Origin: Rebecca billardiae RCC1528
Lineage: Eukaryota > Protista > Haptophyta
DNA length: 64,000 nt
Reading direction: 5' to 3'
Assembly (NCBI GenBank): GCA_965240325.2
Contig: OZ251232.1
Coordinates: 1,550,001-1,614,000, forward strand
The position numbers were made by a program, and so were the translations under genes. The notes beneath the pieces are model-generated. The model worked only from the letters and a program-made list of their open reading frames with translations, ran no database searches and was not told the origin of the DNA. This document shows positions 56,242-64,000 of the stretch, one piece after another (the first letter of the stretch is position 1; each line of letters begins with the position of its first letter).

Positions 56242-57823
56242 TCAGAAGGGCACGGCTGCGTCATCGCCGTCCGCGCGCTTGCGCCGGAATCCACCGCCCG
56301 CTTTATTGCGCTCCACCTTGCGCCGCTTGAACTGGACGGCCGGCGCCTCCTCCGGCGCCGCCGCCGAGCCCATAGCCTCGGCGACAGCGGACGCAGCCGC
56401 GGGCGCCGCCGCAGCCGACGTTGGAAAGTGCGCCTGCAGGTGCGCCACGAGCGTGCCCGCGCCACCGACCAGCAGTGCCTGCGCATCAGTAGCCGCCTCG
56501 TCTCCGCCGGCGCCGGCAAAGTCCAGCCGCTCGACGATGGGCGCCCACGCTGCCTCGGCAGTGCCGCCCGCCGGCGGCGGCGCTGCGCCGGTGTGCCCCA
56601 CCGCGCTCGGCTCGGCCCGCTCCTCCGCCGCCCCCGCGCCCTCCGCAGCCGGCGCCTCTGGCTGCACGGCGCGCACGCGCACGGTGGTCCATCCGCCAGG
56701 CATCGGCGCGGCGTGCACTGGGGCGGCATCCGCGCTCGGGCTGTTGTCCGGACCTTGCTCCTCCGTGGCGCTCGCCGGAGCGGCTTCAGCAGCCGGCGGC
56801 GGTGGTGGCGGGCCAGGCGGCGGTGGCGGCGGCGGCCGTCGTGGTACTGCCGTCTGGCTCACGCCTGCATCCCCCGAGCCGGCCGCTGGCTGGGCCGACG
56901 GCGGCACACCGACTGCGAGCTCTGCGGCTGGCGCCGGGGCCGCGGGCGCCGCGCGCCCCGCAGCGCCGTCAACAGAGGGGGTCGGCGCGGACGGCGGCGC
57001 GGGCCGCTCCCATTGGGATCGGCCCGACTGCGGGTGGACATAGTACGTCCAGCCCTGTGGCGTGCGCTGCTCCGCCCAGCCCGCGAGCAGCACGGAGCCC
57101 CCCGCACCGGCGGGTGGCGGTGGCGCGGCCGGAAGAGATGGCTGCGCCGGCGTGTGCGTTGCGTGCACAGCAGTGGGCGGATGCCACTGGCTCTGGCGCG
57201 TCGCCGCGTGGAAGTAGTAGACGTGGCCCGACGGCGCGCGCTGCGCGGCCCAGCCGGCCGGGAGCCCAGACGTGCCGCTGCCGACCCCGCTTGCGAGGCC
57301 GGAGGCGGCATGCGGCGCGCAGGGCGCGGCTGGCATGCGGCCGGCATGCGCGCCACTCGCGCCGGCAGCGACGGCGGGCGTCGGGCGTGCACCCAGAGCA
57401 CTTCCGGCGCCAGCACCTGGCGCGCCTGGCGCATCCACCGCGTTGTACTGCTCGAGCGCCGCCTTCTCGATGTCCGCGAGCTGCTTCTCCAGCGTGTCGC
57501 GGCCCTGTGACACAGCATGGCCGGCAGGCGGCGTGTTCGTGCGAGGCCACGGCGAGCTGGCGTGAGCGGGTGCGCACGCAAGTGATTCGAGGGGGGTGCG
57601 CGCACGGAGGGTAACGCCGTGCCCCCACGCCTCACCACGGCCCAGGCGCGCGCACCTTCTTGTCCTCGCGCGACTGCTTGCGCGTCTGCTTGAGGTGCTC
57701 CTCCTCAATCTCCTTGTGCTTCTTGCCGCGCTCATGGTTGAGGATGGACTGCTGGTCGGGCTGGATCCAGATCTTGCACAGCTTGCACCAGTGCTTCCCG
57801 CGTGAGACCCAGAACGTCGTCAT
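56242..57823 (-). CDS. U1/matrin-type zinc finger plus two WW domains (WBP4/FBP21-like splicing factor); intron 57505-57655
   Basis: HWCKLCKIWI...HERGKKH; LPAGWAAQ...YYFHAATRQSQWHPP; GWAEQ...YYVHPQSGRSQWERP. Confidence 0.85.
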
Positions 57824-58083
57824 CCCGGAGCAGTCGCACTCTCGCGCCCAGCGAGTACCACTCAAGACTCCAACACACCCTGGTGGCGTCTCGACCGCGT
57901 GGGCGCCATTGTCCTGCGTGGCCTCTCCGCTTTCTGGACAGTGGACAGCTTCCTGCCGCGGCCGCGCGGCGCGGCACCCCAGCCCCCACAAAAAAACACA
58001 ATGGTGGGTGCGGCCCGCTGCTGACGGGGTCTGTGCAAGGCGCTTCGTCCGTGTGGCAAAGACCCACGAGCAAGGACAAGGCC

Positions 58084-58963
58084 ATGTCGGCTGCCAACAC
58101 TTACAAAGCAAGCTCACCCGATCGTGCGCCGCTGAGTGACCCGTGGGCCGTTCAGTCCGACGCTGCCGCACACGCGCACGACAGACCCGCGGGCGCAGCC
58201 GACACGCTGCGCCGGCATGCCTCGGCAGCGGCAAGCACGGTGCGCGTGCATCTCGCGCGCGTCGAGGCGGCGACCGAGGACGAGCTGCGTCTCTACCTCG
58301 GGCGAGGCTTCGAGGCCGTCTGCGTGCTCCTCGCGCTCGCCTCGATCAGCTTTGCGCTGCACGCCGTGCTGAGCCAACACACTGTACTACTCAGCTCAGT
58401 GAACGCGTTCACGCTCGCGCTGGCGCTGGCTGGCATCGCGCATGCGCGGCAGCTCGAGCGCTGGGGCCTCGCGCGCACGCTGGACATGTACTGCCTCTTC
58501 CTCGCCACCGTGCAGGGCCGCGCGGCGCTGCTCGTCACTCTTGGCTTCCTCCAGGGCACGAGCAACGTGTGGGGCTGGTGCGCGCATGCGCCATGCGTCG
58601 ATTCGAACACCCAGGCAGTCTGCTGCTCGCTGGCGTCCGGCACTCGCAGTTACGAGAAAACATGGCGGCTCTCGCCGCGCCGCGCGCCTAGCCTGCGATC
58701 CATGGGGCGCGCTCACCGCTGCTGCCTGATCTGTGCCTGGCCGCCCCGGCGTGCGCGCACCCACCCACCTGACGTGCGACGGCCGTGACGCGCGCAGGTT
58801 TGGCTTCTGGGGCGCGTGCCTGTATACTGCGGTGGGCGCATACACCATTAGCGTGCACGCGTGGTTTGCGCAGCACGCGCAGAGACCGACGCTCTTCGAG
58901 ATGCCACCCCAACCTGAAGCCGCGAACGCACCAGGCGCAGCCTCAGAGTCTGACATGACTTAG
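58084..58963 (+). CDS. Small multi-pass membrane protein, COPI-associated/TVP15-like; intron 58578-58797
   Basis: Four hydrophobic segments; YCLFLATVQGRAALLVTLGFL resembles the COPI_assoc pattern; the splice restores WGW-FGFW. Confidence 0.55.
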
Positions 58964-59400
58964 CTGCTTGTTGGCCGGGCGCACGTTCCATGTGTCGTTA
59001 CTGATGTGCACATACCGTACTTTGTAACTGTAACAATACTATGGGGTCATGAGTCAGAACTCAGAACCACGTCGACGGTTCGGCAATCTTGATTCGCGCA
59101 CAACGCGCCGAGTTTTCGCGGTTGACGTGACGCAGATTCGCAACGAAGCCAACGATACTCATGCCTTAGGACCACCAATGTTGCTCGCTTTTGGAAACGT
59201 TTCTAGTGCTTTGTATGCCAAGTGCCTCAGTGAATCGTTGCCACAACATTACGACCGCCGCTAAGTTTCAGGTTCAGTACGGGGTGGTCCCAGAGTCCCA
59301 GACGCAGTCGGCGCCCAACCGAACAAAAAAACGTTCCGTGAATCGCGAGCATCCCTGCCGACCGACCTCGTCGGACCCGTTCACGCCGCCTCTCGCCACC

Positions 59401-60981
59401 ATGTCGGAGTCCAAGTTCGACCTCCCCGTCGACGCCGAGTCGAAGGCGACGATGATCAAGCTCTGGTCGTTCAAGCGGCCGCATATGCGTGCCTGTGCGT
59501 GCCGCGCCATCCGCCTCCACGCGCAGCGCTGCGCGCGCACGTCGCGCGCGATCATGCTCGCGCGCGCGCGCACGCGTGCGCGCACTCACCACCCCGTCTC
59601 GCCGTGCTCCCCGTGCTGCGCAGTCCACTTCGCCTGGCTCTCCTTCTTCCTCGCCTTCACCGGCTGGTTCGCCCTCGCCCCGCTCACGGCCGTGTGGCGC
59701 GTGTCCGTCGGCCTCTGCTCGAACGGCGGCTGGGACACCGGCGTCGACACGCCGCGTGACTGCGTGTGCGGCCCGGCGTGCCGCACGGAGATCGGCAACT
59801 CGATCATCGTCTCGATCGCAGGCACCATCGCCATGCGCTTCCTCGTCGGCGCGTGGGCGGAGACGTACGGCCCGCGCTTCTCGCAGGCGTTCATGGTGAT
59901 GGTCTTTTCGATCCCGCTCGCCGGCTCGGCGCTCTCGACCACGCCGGTGGGCATCATCACGAGCCGCTTCTTCATCGGCGGCATGGGCGCGACGTTCGTG
60001 ATCACGCAGTTCTGGACGTCGGTCATGTTCTCGAAGAACGTCGTCGGCACGGCCAACGCCACGTCGGCGGGCTGGGGCAACCTGGGCGGCGGCTTCACGC
60101 AGGTGTTCATGCCGTTCGTCTTCTCGTGGTTCATCTCGTTCGGGTACGACCTGGCTTGGCGGCTGGCGGTGCTCGTGCCGGCGTTCATGCTCTTCCTCGT
60201 CGGCATCGCGCTCTACCTCACCTCGGACGACGTGCCGGAGGGCACCTTCAAGGAGCTGTACGCGTCGGGCGAGCGCAAGAAGCAGAACGGCGCCAAGGTG
60301 TTCCTCGAGGGCGCCAAGGACCCGCGCGTGTGGGTCCTCTTCATCGTGTACGGCGGCTGCTTCGGCACGGAGCTCACGATGAACAACGTGCTGGCGCTGT
60401 ACTTCTTCGAGTACTTCGGCCTCTCGCTGCAGGAGGCCGGCCTCGCCGCGTCGATGTTCGGCCTGATGAACCTGTTTGCGCGCTCGCTCGGCGGCATCGC
60501 GTCCGACCTCGCCAACAAGAAGTTCTCGCACCGCGGCCGGCACTGGGTCTTCTTCCTCGTGCAGTTCATGGAGGGCATCATGCTCATCTGCTTCTCGCGC
60601 GTGCCGTCGACGCTCTTCCCGCTCGCCATCGTGCTCCTGATCGGCTTCTCCACCTTTGTGCAGATGGCGGAGGGCGCGCAGTACTCGGTCGTGCCGTACG
60701 TGGGCAAGCACCTCAAGGCGCTCGGCCCGGTCTCGGGCATCGTCGGCGCGGGCGGCAACTTTGGCGCCGTGCTGTGGGGCTTCATCTACCGCGCGTACGC
60801 CAACGCGGCGGACCCGCGCACGCCGTTCCTCATCCACGGCTTCTGCGTCATCGCGACGGCGCTGCTCATCCCGCTCGTGCACTACCCGGTCTTCGGCTCG
60901 ATGTTCCTCCCGCAGACCGACTTCTCGCAGGAGGACGCGCAGCCGGACGCGGAGGGCAAGCCGACCACATCGACGGCCTAA
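59401..60981 (+). CDS. NRT2: High-affinity nitrate transporter, copy B; in-frame intron 59495-59623
   Basis: Near-identical inverted paralogue of 54369-55958 with the same motifs. Confidence 0.96.
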   Translation: MSESKFDLPVDAESKATMIKLWSFKRPHMRACACRAIRLHAQRCARTSRAIMLARARTRARTHHPVSPCSPCCAVHFAWLSFFLAFTGWFALAPLTAVWRVSVGLCSNGGWDTGVDTPRDCVCGPACRTEIGNSIIVSIAGTIAMRFLVGAWAETYGPRFSQAFMVMVFSIPLAGSALSTTPVGIITSRFFIGGMGATFVITQFWTSVMFSKNVVGTANATSAGWGNLGGGFTQVFMPFVFSWFISFGYDLAWRLAVLVPAFMLFLVGIALYLTSDDVPEGTFKELYASGERKKQNGAKVFLEGAKDPRVWVLFIVYGGCFGTELTMNNVLALYFFEYFGLSLQEAGLAASMFGLMNLFARSLGGIASDLANKKFSHRGRHWVFFLVQFMEGIMLICFSRVPSTLFPLAIVLLIGFSTFVQMAEGAQYSVVPYVGKHLKALGPVSGIVGAGGNFGAVLWGFIYRAYANAADPRTPFLIHGFCVIATALLIPLVHYPVFGSMFLPQTDFSQEDAQPDAEGKPTTSTA

Positions 60982-61261
60982 ACGTGGGGCCACGTTGCAC
61001 CCGCGCCCGCCGCCACGCAGGGGTCGCACGCTGCGAGCGCACACTTCTGCCCTCAGTCAGAGACATCGGTGCTGCCCACGTGCGCGGACACCGTCAGATT
61101 CATGGACGTTGATGGTCGGTCCGGACCGCCGACTGCTTGAAACGACTGGAACGTATCTATAGTTTACAGTTAGCCGCATTGTCATCATCATCAGTGTATC
61201 AGACTTAACATTGTAGTACTGCTGTCACGACGACAAATAAAGCTCACGACTATATATAGCT

Positions 61262-61263
<2 letters not shown>

Positions 61264-61314
<51 letters not shown>
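61264..61314. repeat. (CT)n microsatellite
   Basis: Uninterrupted CT run. Confidence 0.98.
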
Positions 61315-61317
<3 letters not shown>

Positions 61318-62056
61318 CACTCTGACGCCGAACTACCCGTCTACCGCTCGGTGCGCGGGGCGAGTGCTCGCGGCTGGCTCGGCGAGCGTGGGCGAGCGAG
61401 GGAGCCGGTCAGCCGCTCGGGCTCTGTCTCTGAGAGCGTGCCGCTGCGTCCCGGGGCGATGGCAATCCGACTCTCCGAGCACTGCCAGCGGCCGGGAGCT
61501 CGGGTTCCGGGCCCGAGCCGGCTCAGCCGCTGCTGGCCGCTGCGGGGCGCTGCACGGCGTCGGCTGCACGGGTGACGATGCCAGCAATATCATCGTCTAT
61601 CTGTCGCGGCCATCTAATTTAGATTGAGTGATCTAATGCTGCCAGTGACAGTGGCGCAATGAATGGAAGACGAAGTGCCAGCTGCTTATATATAACTGCC
61701 ATAATTAAATATCCGTCGGATCCAGGATCGGTACCGTCGCGAGTACCGTCTCCGCCGTCTCGCTCAGTCTCGCCGGAGCCGCCGCCCACTGCCGAGCTGG
61801 GCCGCTGGACCTGCGGCGCGGCTGCGGGCTAGCACGTGTGTGATGGAGCTAGCTTCCACCGCCCATCATGTTGTGCGGGCGGCCAGCCCAGCTGATGAGG
61901 TAGGGGCTCGTTCGCGCTCGCCAGCGGCCAGCCCAGCAGATGAGGGGCTCGTACACGCCCGCCATCTGGCGGCTGGCGGCGCCCTGCCCAGCACCCACAG
62001 GCCATAGTGCGCAGCCTGGTGGGATGCTCTCCCTCCGAAGCGGGGACAATCATCTA

Positions 62057-62965
62057 TCATACGCCCCAGCCCGGCAGCGTCCACGGCCTCGGAAGCACGC
62101 GGTGCTCCTCGGGCGTCATGTCGAAGGGCAGCAGCACCGAGATGTTCCCCTCGAGCGCCTCCACCTGGTGCCACCACGCGGGCGGCAGGTAGAGCGCATC
62201 GCCTGGCTGCAGCACGCACTCGAGCAGCTGCACGCGCGAGAGCAACGGGTGCTTGAGGCACTCGGCAGCGTCGCCCGCGAGCCAGAGCTGCAGGTCCACC
62301 CTGCTTTGCCGAGGCGAGCCCGTCCCCGCCGCGCACGGGTAGACGAACCCCGAGTCGGCGGGCGCGCAGAGTAGGACGCGCTTCCGGCCCACCACTTGCA
62401 CGATGAGGGCGTGGCAGAGGTCAAAGTGCAGCGGGCTCACATTGCCGCGGGAGCCCATCCAGAAGCGCGTCTGCTCGGCGCCGCCTACCCCCGCGCACAG
62501 CAGGGCGCGCGCGTGCGTCCGCTGCCGCGCCTGCACCTCGCCCAGGTCCGCGAGCAGCGCCTCTCCTAGCGGCAGCTTGCAGTAGGCGTGCTGCTGCTGC
62601 TGCTGCTGCTGAGGGGAGAGCTCCGTGCTGCCGCCGGGCAGGGGGCTGAAGAGGGTGCGATCGAGGACTGCGCTTACAGGTAGCTGCACGCGTGTCAGCT
62701 GCACCGAGCCTCCCGCTGTGTCGAACCGCCCGCCGGCCTCGCTGCTGAGCTCGCACGGGACGAGGGTGTCGAGACCGCCCAGCCGCGCTGCGAGCTTCTC
62801 GCGGTCCGTCCAGTGCGCGCAGGCGGGCCACGAGGAGACGGCTCCCACCATGTGCAGCGGCGCCTTGCCGCAGCTTGCCGTGAAGCTGGCCTGGCAGGCC
62901 TCGCCGCGCGCCACCGGTGCGAGCTCCGCATGTGGACCGGGCGTGGCCGACTCGGGACCGTGCAT
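62057..62965 (-). CDS. JmjC/cupin-like Fe(II)/2-oxoglutarate hydroxylase (JMJD5/FIH-type)
   Basis: FWMGSRGNVSPLHFD (HxD), QVVGRKR and LQPGDALYLPPAWWHQVE. Confidence 0.88.
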   Translation of the reverse strand: MHGPESATPGPHAELAPVARGEACQASFTASCGKAPLHMVGAVSSWPACAHWTDREKLAARLGGLDTLVPCELSSEAGGRFDTAGGSVQLTRVQLPVSAVLDRTLFSPLPGGSTELSPQQQQQQQHAYCKLPLGEALLADLGEVQARQRTHARALLCAGVGGAEQTRFWMGSRGNVSPLHFDLCHALIVQVVGRKRVLLCAPADSGFVYPCAAGTGSPRQSRVDLQLWLAGDAAECLKHPLLSRVQLLECVLQPGDALYLPPAWWHQVEALEGNISVLLPFDMTPEEHRVLPRPWTLPGWGV

Positions 62966-63234
62966 GGGCGGGCGCGGGTGCACACATGCAGCATCTGAGT
63001 ACCGGTACAAGTTTACTACACGTGAGCTCCGAGTAGTGCAAGCAAAGGAAGGGGGGTGACGTCATCCACTGGTGCCCGGTGACGTCCCGAGCAATGGCGA
63101 CCATGCCCGAGACCGATTGAGCTCACGAGCCGGCTTCGGGCGGACGTGTGGTCAGTGATGGCAGCGACAGAGACAGGGGTGCTAGACTCTTGACATGGTG
63201 CAGTTTCTTATACTCTCCGGGCGCTCGCTGGCGC

Positions 63235-64000
63235 TTAAGCCACGGAGGCGGAGGCCGCCATCGGAGCGCCAGCGCGCGCACCCACGGCCGCCGCGGTGCG
63301 CGACGCCCGGCGCTCTCCTGATGAGCCGCGCGGCGAGCGCCAGTCAGGCAGCGTCGAGGCGTACGCCAGCAGCACGGGCAGCAGCACACATCCATGCAGC
63401 ACGCCGAGGATGACCACGAAGACGAGCATGGTGAAGAAGGTGCGGAACACGACTGACGACGCAAAGGCGAGCACAAAGATGCCTGGCAGCGGAGCGGTCC
63501 GCGAGCGGTCGCCGTGTGAGCGCAGTGTGAGCACGCGTGCGCGCGCATCGGGCGGGAGGGTGCGCGCCGCGCGCCGCGCGAGCGCGGGCTCGGGCGCACC
63601 GAGGATCGTCGTCCACCCGCCCTTGAGCACGGAGACGCCCATCTGCACGAGCGCGTACACAACCGCTGCATGCACGGCGTCGCGGCCGAGCTCGCCGCGC
63701 TTGCGCGCCGCGATGAGCGCCGCGTCGTACGTGATGGCGATGTGCACGCAGTAGTCGACGGAGAGGCCGACGCTCATGACCAGGTTGACGAAGGCGATCG
63801 GGTTGAGCGGCACGCCCACCGCCCACATCATCCCCACCAGCTGCACGTTGATCGAGAAGACACAAAGCACGATCCAGAGCGCGACGAGCGGCGGCGTGAA
63901 CAGCAGCATGATGCCGAAAATCGCGAGCATCGCCGAGACGAGGTTGGTCACGACGAGCTCCCAAATGACGACGTCGCCTTCGTTGATCAGGAACGTGAAG
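63235..64000 (-). CDS. Patched/NPC1-like RND-family membrane protein, 3' part only (runs off the window); intron 63483-63599
   Basis: NLVMSVGLSVDYCVHI (GxxVD), MGVSVLKGGWTTILG|IFVLAFASSVVFRTFF and GVLHGCVLLPVLL. Confidence 0.88.
   Translation of the reverse strand, partial: FTFLINEGDVVIWELVVTNLVSAMLAIFGIMLLFTPPLVALWIVLCVFSINVQLVGMMWAVGVPLNPIAFVNLVMSVGLSVDYCVHIAITYDAALIAARKRGELGRDAVHAAVVYALVQMGVSVLKGGWTTILGAPEPALARRAARTLPPDARARVLTLRSHGDRSRTAPLPGIFVLAFASSVVFRTFFTMLVFVVILGVLHGCVLLPVLLAYASTLPDWRSPRGSSGERRASRTAAAVGARAGAPMAASASVA

Noticed and set aside
59191-59400. 70-aa N-terminal extension of NRT2 copy B in the ORF track
   Set aside because: It starts at a non-ATG codon and is absent from copy A; the ATG at 59401 matches the paralogue.
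1-64000. CRISPR arrays, rRNA, tRNA or prokaryotic operons
   Set aside because: No repeat-spacer periodicity or recognisable RNA gene seen by eye; the sequence is spliced eukaryotic DNA. tRNAscan and Rfam were not run.

Overview
Eukaryotic, very GC-rich nuclear DNA with short GT-AG introns (mostly GTGCG...CAG). Several proteins carry signal/transit-like presequences (PsbP-like, rpl13, thioredoxin f, adenylate kinase), so this looks like a complex-plastid alga. A haptophyte of the Pavlova/Diacronema type is my inference, not something I verified. I can support about 27 host coding regions, most in tight head-to-head pairs separated by degenerate spacers. The window also holds one intact Ty1/Copia LTR retrotransposon (35445-42505) and two inverted NRT2 nitrate transporter paralogues. 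The top candidate for a new system is an intronless 8-TM microbial rhodopsin fused to PAS, histidine kinase and receiver domains with no cyclase (28177-31044, minus strand). It keeps the retinal-binding lysine, the H-box His and the receiver Asp. Other highlights: (1) the Copia polyprotein carries a MYND-type zinc finger while its integrase HHCC motif is degenerate; (2) a degenerate nucleotidyltransferase domain is fused to inositol dehydrogenase; (3) spacer DNA shows signs of short insertions. All family assignments come from motif recognition by eye; no searches were run.
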